From a virus (taxonomy: Duplodnaviria; Caudoviricetes): 37,451 bases of DNA. How positions within the stretch are numbered: position 1 is the stretch's first letter; every line of letters starts with the position of its first letter. Shown here piece by piece: positions 1 through 8,047 of the stretch. The stretch is from IMG/VR virus record IMGVR_UViG_3300044580_000573, positions 1 through 37,451 of that record. One strand, written 5' to 3'. A program made the position numbers and the translations under genes. The notes beneath the pieces are model-generated. The model ran no database searches and had not been told where the DNA came from. It worked only from the letters and a program-made list of their open reading frames with translations.

Positions 1-192
1 ATGAAAAATAAAGAGGTAGAAGAAATTAGGAGGAAATTACCTATCGGATCGTACAAAATCATCGCTCATATGATGGGCGATAAGTATAAACCCCGCACGA
101 TCGAGGTCATGTTTCGCGGGGTCCGCACCATGAAACAGGTAGTATTGGAAACTGCCAAAAAATTCCTTTCGACGATCAATCCTGAATCTTAA
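1..192 (+). CDS. Small DNA-binding protein, Ner/Cro-like position
   Basis: 63 aa, basic, HTH-like (YKIIAHMMG..KPRTIEVMFRG); first gene of the early operon. Confidence 0.5.
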   Translation: MKNKEVEEIRRKLPIGSYKIIAHMMGDKYKPRTIEVMFRGVRTMKQVVLETAKKFLSTINPES

Positions 193-202
193 TCGCAAAC
201 AT

Positions 203-376
203 ATGAAAATAATAAACCTATCATTTTCAATCGTGTGGCTTTGTCTGGGAGTTATTTGTCTTCTGTCGGCAATGTTCATGAATGCCAAATGGCATTTTGT
301 TTCTGCCTTTATGTGTTTGAGCCTGTCCTGGCTATTCTACTCTGAATACAATAATCATAAAACAAAAGAATCATGA
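203..376 (+). CDS. 57-aa membrane protein (not in ORF track)
   Basis: ATG 203 to TGA 374-376: MKIINLSFSIVWLCLGVICLLSAMFMNAKWHFVSAFMCLSLSWLFYSEYNNHKTKES; two hydrophobic segments; ATGA overlap with next gene. Confidence 0.65.
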   Translation: MKIINLSFSIVWLCLGVICLLSAMFMNAKWHFVSAFMCLSLSWLFYSEYNNHKTKES

Positions 377-861
377 AAGACGAAACTATTTTACGCGTTG
401 ACCTGATCAAGCGGTTTGAAAAGGCAACCAAGACGCAAAAAGCTGCGTTGACTGAGTTTTTTGGTGAAGACTTTTTTAAAGTCGACATTACCGACCGTGT
501 TAAATCGTTTGAGAATGCCTGTGAGGTGCTTGGCAGGTCAACTTCGCTTCCTGATTTAAGGATGTTCCCCACAAAGCACCGGGATTCGATGATCGCTTAT
601 TACAAACTATGTACAATCACCGAGGCACTTAATGAAGGTTGGGTTCCGGATTGGGCGAATACGGACGAGTACAAATGGTTCCCCTGGTGGTGTGTTTCTA
701 CCGACCGTTCGGATGCGGGTCTCGCGGACGCGGACACGTACTACGCGGCCACGGTTGCGGCTGCGTTCCTCGGCTCCCGTCTTGGCTTTAAAACGGAGAA
801 GCTGGCACGGTACGCGGCTGATCAGTTTAAGGATCTGTACGAAGCTTTCCTGTTGTTCTGA
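373..861 (+). CDS. Remote DGR target protein A (162 aa, phage protein with ITDRVKSFE..ALNEGW.PDW..GSRL motifs)
   Basis: Contains VR 707-789 matching TR; no signal peptide or TM segment. Confidence 0.88.
   Translation: MKDETILRVDLIKRFEKATKTQKAALTEFFGEDFFKVDITDRVKSFENACEVLGRSTSLPDLRMFPTKHRDSMIAYYKLCTITEALNEGWVPDWANTDEYKWFPWWCVSTDRSDAGLADADTYYAATVAAAFLGSRLGFKTEKLARYAADQFKDLYEAFLLF
707..789 (+). repeat. DGR variable repeat VR-A
   Basis: Aligns to TR 30459-30541; 12 core mismatches, all opposite TR adenines; shared 3' end CTCGGCTCCCGTCTTGGCTTT. Confidence 0.95.
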
Positions 862-888
862 ACAATCCATTTAAAAATACACATTATC

Positions 889-1377
889 ATGAAAGACGAA
901 ACTGTTTCACGCGTTGACCTGATCAAGCGGTTTGAAAAGGCAACCAAGACGCAAAAAGCTGCGTTGACTGAGTTTTTTGGTGAAGACTTTTTTAAAGTCG
1001 ACATTACCGACCGTGTTAAATCGTTTGAGAATGCCTGTGAGGTGCTTGGCAGGTCAACTTCGCTTCCTGATTTAAGGATGTTCCCCACAAAGCACCGGGA
1101 TTCGATGATCGCTTATTACAAACTATGTACAATCACCGAGGCACTTAATGAAGGTTGGGTTCCGGATTGGGCGAATACGGACGAGTACAAATGGTTCCCC
1201 TGGTGGTGTGTTTCTACCGACCGTTCGGATGCGGGTCTCGCGAACGCGTACACGATCTGCACGGCCGCGAGGGCGAATGCGGCCCTCGGCTCCCGTCTTG
1301 GCTTTAAAACGGAAAAACTGGCACAGTACGCGGCTGATCAGTTCAAGGATCTGTACGAAGCTTTCCTGTTGTTCTGA
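889..1377 (+). CDS. Remote DGR target protein B (162 aa, tandem paralogue of A)
   Basis: Near-identical to 373-861 except VR residues. Confidence 0.88.
   Translation: MKDETVSRVDLIKRFEKATKTQKAALTEFFGEDFFKVDITDRVKSFENACEVLGRSTSLPDLRMFPTKHRDSMIAYYKLCTITEALNEGWVPDWANTDEYKWFPWWCVSTDRSDAGLANAYTICTAARANAALGSRLGFKTEKLAQYAADQFKDLYEAFLLF
1223..1305 (+). repeat. DGR variable repeat VR-B
   Basis: Aligns to TR 30459-30541; 9 core mismatches at TR adenines plus one T>G (1272). Confidence 0.93.
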
Positions 1378-1390
1378 ACAATCAAATTAA

Positions 1391-1434
1391 CCCGGTAAAA
1401 GGCGCGATGCTGCCGGATCGAAACCGGCACCGGG
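1391..1434 (+). ncRNA. tRNA-like minihelix element (acceptor-like stem + T-arm)
   Basis: CCCGG(1391-95)/CCGGG(1430-34) encloses TGCCGG-ATCGAAA-CCGGCA (1411-29). Confidence 0.45.
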
Positions 1435-1456
1435 GACTAAAAAGTTATTCACTCTC

Positions 1457-3499
1457 ATGGTATATGAATATTTCAACGATCAGTTAGGCGTACAGGCAAG
1501 ATTCCTATTCTATGGGCGGAATTCGTCAAATGAAAGCCTTCAAGTCATTAGCGATAGGGCGCTTCGTAACAGAATTGAAAAAGGATATATTCACCGGCTT
1601 CGCGCCAACGGCCCGAATACCCCGATGCTGTTGTCGTGGCTGACCCTTCCCCCGGAATGGCAGCGTAAGCTGATCGAAGTGTTTGGGGAGCCGGTCAAAC
1701 AGGTAAAGCAAAGCTGGTTTGAGAAGCATTACCGGAGGGATACGGCAGCCTTGGAATTTTACATTTCATACCGACTACAGGATGGCAGTGTCCTTCCGGA
1801 TGCTGCGATCGAGGAATATACGCTCAACGCTTCTGTTCTCAATACGGTTGAAAAAGTCTATAATGACCGGTACGCACTTCGAAAAGCCATGCGCGGAATG
1901 GTTAAGGATATCTGGGGTATTGTTTCAAATGAATGCAACCGCTTCAGGGATATACAGGCCCATACCCTGCCGACCAACCCGGCAGCTTTACGGCGTAAGC
2001 TGAGAGAATACAAAACAGGCGGTTACCCGGTCCTGATCCACGGGAACTGGTGCAATAAATCGGCTCAAAGGCTTGACGATCATGTGGGCGAACTCCTTAA
2101 TAACATGTTTGCCGATGTGATCGAAAAACCGACAGCTACAGATATCTCGCGCAAATACGAAGGCTTTTTGACGGGATATGTTGAAGTAATTAATAACGAG
2201 ACCGGCGAACAGTACGACCCGAAAGAATTTCCAAAAATCTCACAATCTACCATTACGAAATACCTGGCAAAATGGGTTAATAAGGCAGGTACCCATGCTC
2301 TCAGAAGTGGAAACCGCCAGGTACTCATGAGCAAATTCAAACCATTTCACACTCTTGAACAGCCTAAATATGCGGGAAGTATCATATCTGTTGATGACCG
2401 CCAGCCTCCTTTTGAATATGCGAAAGGGAAAAGAGTCTGGTTCTATAACGGTATCGATCTGGCTAGTGAAGCGATCACCGTCTGGGTCTATGGAACAAGT
2501 AAGGAGGGCATTATCCTTGAATTTTACCGGCAGCTTGTGCGTAATTACGCTGAGTGGGGATTCAATCTTCCCGCGGAGCTGGAAGGTGAAATGAGCTTAA
2601 ACAGCCAGTTTGCCTCCACCTTCCTACAGGAAGGCTCCATGTTCCAGTACGTCCGGATCGAAGCAAATAAAGCCCGCGGGAAGCGTATTGAAGCGTATTA
2701 CAAACCCCTCCGTTACGGTTTGGAAAAGAAGCGTGAAGGATGGATCGCCCGTCCGTTTGCCCTAAGTGAAGCCAATCAGGAAGGACCAAAACAGGTGCCG
2801 CTTATTCCTTACGAAAAAATCATTGATAATTGTCTGGAAGATATTCAGACATGGAACAATACGGAACACTCAACGACAAAAGGCAAAACCCGCTGGGAGT
2901 ATTTGCTGGAAAATCAGAACAAGAACATTCACCCGACCAACTGGCGGGCCTTTTTGCCTCACCTTGGTTATAAGACGGAAACATCATGTAATGTTGGGCA
3001 GATCCGCCTGCAAAATCAGTTTTTCCTGCTCGGTGAAGATGGCAGGATCGCCTATTCTGAAAAACTGATCCGGCTGATGGAACAGGTCGAGGGAAAGGAT
3101 ATTGATGTTTACTGGCTGGATGGAAACGACGGGAGTGTCATGAAAGCCCATGTATATCTGCACGGAACCGACCGGTATATCTGCGAGGCAGTTGCCAAAC
3201 CGACCTATAACCGCGCCCGCATTGAACAGACCCCTGAAGATATGGCAAATCTTGAAGCAATGAGCAAATACGTTGCCAGTGTAGACGGATTTGTCAACAG
3301 CCGGAAACGGAGTATCGATAAGATAACGGTAATTGACAACCGGCCTAAGACCCTAAACAATAAATTCCAGATCAATGGGATGCGCAGAAAGGTTACCGAA
3401 CGCACTGATCCGGTTGAAGTAATGCCAGCCATCAATGAAGATGACTTTTTAAATGCTGTCGAAACGACTTTTAAAACCAGCTTAAAAGATAGATTTTGA
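1457..3499 (+). CDS. Mu-like DDE transposase (MuA analogue)
   Basis: 680 aa; integrase-core pattern IISVDDRQ..GIDLASE..KRIEAYY; position upstream of AAA ATPase. Confidence 0.85.
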   Translation: MVYEYFNDQLGVQARFLFYGRNSSNESLQVISDRALRNRIEKGYIHRLRANGPNTPMLLSWLTLPPEWQRKLIEVFGEPVKQVKQSWFEKHYRRDTAALEFYISYRLQDGSVLPDAAIEEYTLNASVLNTVEKVYNDRYALRKAMRGMVKDIWGIVSNECNRFRDIQAHTLPTNPAALRRKLREYKTGGYPVLIHGNWCNKSAQRLDDHVGELLNNMFADVIEKPTATDISRKYEGFLTGYVEVINNETGEQYDPKEFPKISQSTITKYLAKWVNKAGTHALRSGNRQVLMSKFKPFHTLEQPKYAGSIISVDDRQPPFEYAKGKRVWFYNGIDLASEAITVWVYGTSKEGIILEFYRQLVRNYAEWGFNLPAELEGEMSLNSQFASTFLQEGSMFQYVRIEANKARGKRIEAYYKPLRYGLEKKREGWIARPFALSEANQEGPKQVPLIPYEKIIDNCLEDIQTWNNTEHSTTKGKTRWEYLLENQNKNIHPTNWRAFLPHLGYKTETSCNVGQIRLQNQFFLLGEDGRIAYSEKLIRLMEQVEGKDIDVYWLDGNDGSVMKAHVYLHGTDRYICEAVAKPTYNRARIEQTPEDMANLEAMSKYVASVDGFVNSRKRSIDKITVIDNRPKTLNNKFQINGMRRKVTERTDPVEVMPAINEDDFLNAVETTFKTSLKDRF

Positions 3500-4177
3500 T
3501 GAATGAGTTAAACGATAAAATTGAGCCTGTTTCGGATGTCTGGTTGGGTGACTGTATGGAATACATGAAACAGTTTCCTGATGGCTTCTTTGATTGGGGT
3601 ATTGTAGATCCGCCGTATGGTATTGGATGCGAGACCGGATCATCTGATTACACTAAAAAGCGGTTTCAACATCGCAAGTCTGATAATTGGGATAAATGCG
3701 TTCCGGATCAGAACTATTTCAATGAATTAATGCGCGTTACCAAATTTCAGATTATATGGGGGGGGAAATTATTACCATTTGGCACCATCCAAAAATTGGG
3801 CTATTTGGTTCAAATCAATTGCCTGTCAGGGATGCAGTTTTTCAGAATGCGAAATGGCTTGGATTACGCCTTCTTTAACTAAAAATAAAATGAGCGGTAT
3901 TCGACTATATGAATACAATCCAACTGCTCCATCAAAAGCGATGAAGAAAATACATCCAACGCAAAAGCCAATTCCTTTATATCGTTGGATCTTCAATAAA
4001 TATACAAAGAAAGGAGACAAAGTTTTAGATACACACATGGGGAGTCAGTCAAGCAGGGTAGCGGCGTATGAAATGGGAGTAAATTATTGGGGATGCGAAA
4101 TTGACCCGGGGTATTTTGAAGATGGATGCGAATATTTTAAACAGAAAACAGCACAACTACAACTATTTAAATATTAG
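3499..4177 (+). pseudogene. DNA N6-adenine/N4-cytosine methyltransferase, frameshifted at a G8 tract
   Basis: N-half GDCMEYM..IVDPPYG; C-half IHPTQKP..KVLDTHMGS; removing one G restores QIIWGGNYY and a single ~225-aa ORF. Confidence 0.85.
3758..3765 (+). repeat. G8 homopolymer (candidate phase-variation switch)
   Basis: ATATGGGGGGGGAAATTATTAC; G7 is in frame, G8 is out of frame. Confidence 0.7.
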
Positions 4178-4181
4178 ACTT

Positions 4182-5081
4182 ATGTTACAAATTACTGAAC
4201 AGTTTAAGGATAAGGTAGTCGAGGCACTACTGAATGACAGGGCTAATTACGAGGGATCGGCAGCCCAGTTTTCGAAACGTTGGGGTATCAGTGACTCCGT
4301 GTTTTCCCGTCTGAAAAAGGGTGAACGGGAAAAGCTCTTAAAGGACAGCCAGTGGCTGAATATTGGCCGCGAACTGAACGTTACCCTGAATGAACGTAAA
4401 TGGAATGTAGCACGTACGGATGTTTTCAACCTGATCGAGGAAAGCATCCGGTTTTGCAAAGATTATTCCAAGGCGATGATTTTTGTTGACGAGGCCGAGA
4501 TCGGCAAATCTTTTACAGGCAGATACCTTAGCCGGTCGCTCCGGAATTGTTTCTACGTGGATGCTTCGCAATGCAAAACCCGCACGGAGTTTGTTTGCGC
4601 GCTGGCTAAAACGATCGGTATTGACAGCTACGGCCGTCATGCTGATATTAAGGCGAACATAAAGTATTACCTGCGGATGATCGACCACCCGATGGTGATC
4701 ATCGACGAACCCGGGGATTTGGAGTATGCAGCCTTCCTTGAGATCAAAGAGTTCTGGAATGCTACTGAGAATATATGCGGGTGGTTCCTGATGGGCGCTG
4801 ACGGCGTTCGCAAAAAGATGGATGACGGAATGAAAAACCGCAAGGTTGGGTACCGTGAGATTTTCAGCAGATTCTCCGGGAAGTATTTGTCAATTGTTCC
4901 TACCGACCGGCAGGATCGGTTGAGTTTCTATAAGCGGCTCATTTCTGATGTGCTTTCAGTTAACATGCCGGATCAGTCAGTCCTGCCGCAAATCGTGAAG
5001 AAATGTTTGGTTGCCGATCAGGACGGTAATATCGGCGGCTTACGTCGTGCAGAGTCACTTTTAATAATGGAGGGTATGTAA
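4182..5081 (+). CDS. MuB-like transposition AAA+ ATPase
   Basis: N-terminal HTH-like segment, Walker A variant EAEIGKS, Walker B VIIDE; ATG 4182 preferred over track start. Confidence 0.8.
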   Translation: MLQITEQFKDKVVEALLNDRANYEGSAAQFSKRWGISDSVFSRLKKGEREKLLKDSQWLNIGRELNVTLNERKWNVARTDVFNLIEESIRFCKDYSKAMIFVDEAEIGKSFTGRYLSRSLRNCFYVDASQCKTRTEFVCALAKTIGIDSYGRHADIKANIKYYLRMIDHPMVIIDEPGDLEYAAFLEIKEFWNATENICGWFLMGADGVRKKMDDGMKNRKVGYREIFSRFSGKYLSIVPTDRQDRLSFYKRLISDVLSVNMPDQSVLPQIVKKCLVADQDGNIGGLRRAESLLIMEGM

Positions 5082-5082
5082 T

Positions 5083-5310
5083 ATGAAACGGATCTGTTTT
5101 GAAGATAAAGGACAGGACTTTTTATACTGGGATATTGATTATGTGGGAGAGGTAGTCGTGTGTGGACCATTTCAGGGTTGGTTGTGGGTTGGTTGCATTG
5201 TTTGCCTTGAAACCCTTAAGGCAGGTAAGTGTCTGGAATATATTCACCCCAGGCTGGGCAGGGGCGGAATAAAGTACAAGGTAATCCGGATCGAGGAGGC
5301 TGCATCATGA
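5083..5310 (+). CDS. Hypothetical protein
   Basis: 75 aa, packed between neighbours with ATGA overlap. Confidence 0.6.
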   Translation: MKRICFEDKGQDFLYWDIDYVGEVVVCGPFQGWLWVGCIVCLETLKAGKCLEYIHPRLGRGGIKYKVIRIEEAAS

Positions 5311-5936
5311 GATCTTTAACTACCAGGAACCTGTACGATAAGCGGGTCGGTAAAACGGTCAGTTTCCAGAACCCAATCTTTGAGCGTGCCATTGGCCAGG
5401 CAGAGAGGAAGGGTATTTGGCTGATCTATGGCCCGGAAAAAAACGGAAAGACCTGGTTTACCTTACAGCTTGCCAGAGACTTGGCCGTTTCTGAAAGGGT
5501 CCGGTATATCAGCGCAGAGGAAGGTACTGACAAAAGCTTCCAGGATGCCTGTAAAAGGGCTGGTATTACACCAGATGACCGCATTATCATAAATGAGTAT
5601 ATCCCTGTTCCGGAACTCGACGAAATGCTCTCGAAGGGTAAACAGCCTAAGATTGTATTTCTGGATAACCTAGTCGTTTACCAAGACGAACTAAAGGGCC
5701 TGGGACTTCGCCTGTTAAGCGAACGACACCCGGATGTATTGTTTGTTTGCGTAGCTCATGAGGAACGCCGGGAACCTTACCCGGCCCCAGCACGCATGGC
5801 AAAGAAGCTGGCTAAGGTATATGTGCACATTCAGGGCCTTAAGGCCTTTGTGGTCTCCCGGTTCGCGCCCCAGGGTGGCGAAATTACGATTAACGATGAT
5901 CTCAGTGAAATGTACTGGGGTGAGGAAACTATCTAA
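5307..5936 (+). CDS. P-loop ATPase (RecA/AAA-like)
   Basis: IYGPEKNGKT Walker A, YISAEEG, IVFLDN Walker B; ATG 5307. Confidence 0.8.
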   Translation: MRSLTTRNLYDKRVGKTVSFQNPIFERAIGQAERKGIWLIYGPEKNGKTWFTLQLARDLAVSERVRYISAEEGTDKSFQDACKRAGITPDDRIIINEYIPVPELDEMLSKGKQPKIVFLDNLVVYQDELKGLGLRLLSERHPDVLFVCVAHEERREPYPAPARMAKKLAKVYVHIQGLKAFVVSRFAPQGGEITINDDLSEMYWGEETI

Positions 5937-5946
5937 ATCATAAGTT

Positions 5947-6498
5947 ATGATACTTCCGTTTTCAACACATTTTAAAGATGGCTCAGATACCAATTTTATC
6001 AGGAAGATCTGGGCCGGGTTAATCAACATCGATGACGCTGACGAGATCCTCGAAAGGATCAACCTCCGTTTGGCATATATCCGCGATTCAGAGGGGACAG
6101 ATCATCCTGTACGTCCTTTTTTCCCGTCGTCTGATCTTGAATTGGAGGGAATAGCCCCAAAGCTGCATACGATGCGGGAAGATAAAAAGGACCGCTGGCA
6201 TACCGGTTCAAAAATCCACATGGTTGTTTTCAACCGGACTAAGAACCAGTTCCAGTTTGCTCCGATCATTGACTGTATTTCCACGCAGGTTGTTGAGATC
6301 ATCAACAGGAAAGATTACAGTTTTGTTTCGGTTGGCAATCATTGTCTGTTTGAGATGGATACGCACACAGTATCTATTACGCCTGAATTCGTTCAACTTG
6401 TAAATAACGACGGGTTTGAATCGATAGACGAGTTTTTTAATTGGTTCGACCATGATTTCAAAGGTAAGATCATTCACTGGACAGACTTAAAATACTGA
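5947..6498 (+). CDS. Hypothetical protein, possibly ASCH/PUA-like
   Basis: KLHTMRE..RW..G..IH and NDGFES..EFFNWF..F.G.IIHW pattern. Confidence 0.45.
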   Translation: MILPFSTHFKDGSDTNFIRKIWAGLINIDDADEILERINLRLAYIRDSEGTDHPVRPFFPSSDLELEGIAPKLHTMREDKKDRWHTGSKIHMVVFNRTKNQFQFAPIIDCISTQVVEIINRKDYSFVSVGNHCLFEMDTHTVSITPEFVQLVNNDGFESIDEFFNWFDHDFKGKIIHWTDLKY

Positions 6499-6501
6499 CA
6501 T

Positions 6502-6948
6502 ATGACTACCACGATGGATAAACAACACAAATGGCTGGTAAAGCGGTATCACACGCTTTGCACCCAAATAGGGATGGAAGCTCATGAAAAGGCCACTATC
6601 CTGCAAGCTTATAATGTGGAGAGCAGCCTGGATCTTTCAGTCAAGGATCTGCAGGAGATCTGCTCAAAGCTGGAATGCATGCTAAAGCCTGATCTTGAAA
6701 AGCTGGATGCCTGGCGTAAGCGGGTAATGGCAGCGATCGGGGGCTGGCTCAGGGGGATCAATAAAGAATCGAACGGAATGATGATCAAGGGGATAGCCTG
6801 CCGGGCTTCCGGGTACGAACGTTTCAACGAAATACCAAAGGAAAGGCTAATCAACCTCTATCATGCTTTTGTAAAAAAGCAGAAGGACTTTCAATCTGTA
6901 CATCAGATTACTGCAGAAGAAATCGAGATCCTTACTTATTGCAACTAG
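6502..6948 (+). CDS. GemA/DUF1018-like regulatory protein
   Basis: H.LC..IGM....K..IL..Y.VESSLDLS..DL N-terminal motif; Mu early-region position. Confidence 0.55.
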   Translation: MTTTMDKQHKWLVKRYHTLCTQIGMEAHEKATILQAYNVESSLDLSVKDLQEICSKLECMLKPDLEKLDAWRKRVMAAIGGWLRGINKESNGMMIKGIACRASGYERFNEIPKERLINLYHAFVKKQKDFQSVHQITAEEIEILTYCN

Positions 6949-6950
6949 AT

Positions 6951-7163
6951 ATGACCCGCACGTTGATGCTTAAAAAAATCATTGAGATACAGGAGATCAC
7001 CCTGCGTGAGAAAAAGCGCGGGGCCTCCCAGCAATGGGTATACGAGCATCTTGTCAGGGATCAGTATTTTATAAGCTATTCAACCTATAACAGGTATTTA
7101 TCGCGTAACGCGAAGGCAGAATTAAAGCAGGTGAAACATGATGGTGCTACAGATATTCTTTAG
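6951..7163 (+). CDS. Small HTH-like protein
   Basis: GASQQWVY...Y.ISYSTYNRYL pattern. Confidence 0.55.
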   Translation: MTRTLMLKKIIEIQEITLREKKRGASQQWVYEHLVRDQYFISYSTYNRYLSRNAKAELKQVKHDGATDIL

Positions 7164-7425
7164 TGATGACGATATCAAATCCTTTTTCAACAGTAACGGA
7201 TTTGAATGCAGTAAAAAGGAGGTCGGCGAATGGGTTCCGGCATACCACAACAAAAGCGAATATGTGACTAAAATGAGGCTTTTTGTCATTAATGATAAAA
7301 AGCAGGTTGAAGCAAGAAAACTGTTTGAACGCATCGCAGAAAAGCGCATGCGGCGGTTTCTGGCCCCGGTGTCACTTGAATCGAAACGAATGATAGAAAA
7401 TGAAATCAAAAATTTAACAAAATGA
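7138..7425 (+). CDS. Hypothetical protein
   Basis: 95-aa ORF in operon, overlaps neighbours. Confidence 0.55.
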   Translation: MMVLQIFFSDDDIKSFFNSNGFECSKKEVGEWVPAYHNKSEYVTKMRLFVINDKKQVEARKLFERIAEKRMRRFLAPVSLESKRMIENEIKNLTK

Positions 7426-8036
7426 CAACAAAAATTTGGAAAGATGAAAACGGGATTACCATCCCGGCCAGCCGGGTCACTAAAAGTGAGAAGCTGCGCG
7501 AACAGGTAATCGAACGACTTCTTAAAAGGGCTCAAAAGCTGAGCCAGGAACTGGCTAAATTCAAAGATGAATTTGCCAATACGTCGGATGAGGTCTATGA
7601 TGCCGTGATGGCAGAGAATGGCGTTGACACGACAGACAGGAAGGGTAATTTCTGCTTTTACAACTTTGATCGTACGATTAAGGCGGAGGTTGACGTGAGT
7701 GACCGTATTGAGTTTGATGATGCCATGATCGCAGTCGCCAAACAGCATTTTGACATCTTCCTGGACAATACTACAGGTGGTGTGGATGAAATGATCAGGG
7801 AGCTGATCCTGGATGCCTTTTCGACCGTTAAAGGCAAACTGGACACGAAGAAGGTAATGACCCTGGTCAAGTACCGCCAGCGTATTGACCCTAACAAATA
7901 CCCCCAGTTCCACAAGGCTATCGATGCAATCGAGAAAGGGATGCGCAAACCTTCATCTAGGCGTTACTACCGGATATCAGTCCGGAACAGTCAGGGCGGA
8001 TACGACGCCATTAACCTGAATTTCTCATCACTTTAA
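7422..8036 (+). CDS. DUF3164-family Mu-like phage protein
   Basis: KGN....FD...K.E....DRIEFD..I..AK and C-terminal YYRISVRN..G.Y..INLNFSSL. Confidence 0.8.
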   Translation: MTTKIWKDENGITIPASRVTKSEKLREQVIERLLKRAQKLSQELAKFKDEFANTSDEVYDAVMAENGVDTTDRKGNFCFYNFDRTIKAEVDVSDRIEFDDAMIAVAKQHFDIFLDNTTGGVDEMIRELILDAFSTVKGKLDTKKVMTLVKYRQRIDPNKYPQFHKAIDAIEKGMRKPSSRRYYRISVRNSQGGYDAINLNFSSL

Positions 8037-8047
8037 TACTTAACAAC

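Larger units (their letters stand above)
370..1383 (+). repeat. Tandem gene duplication, 516-bp period (370-867 and 886-1383)
   Basis: Copies identical over 393-726 vs 909-1242; differences concentrated in the VR, plus 2 near the 5' end and 4 near the 3' end. Confidence 0.97.

Noticed and set aside
309-1390. Repeated antisense and shifted-frame ORFs (309-572, 822-1088, 632-874, 1148-1390, also 8208-8474)
   Set aside because: Their similarity follows from the duplicated sense genes; no independent coding signal
7122-7913. Long minus-strand ORFs (7122-7913, 22870-23496, 27539-28225)
   Set aside because: Antisense shadows of well-supported phage genes, with no recognisable motifs
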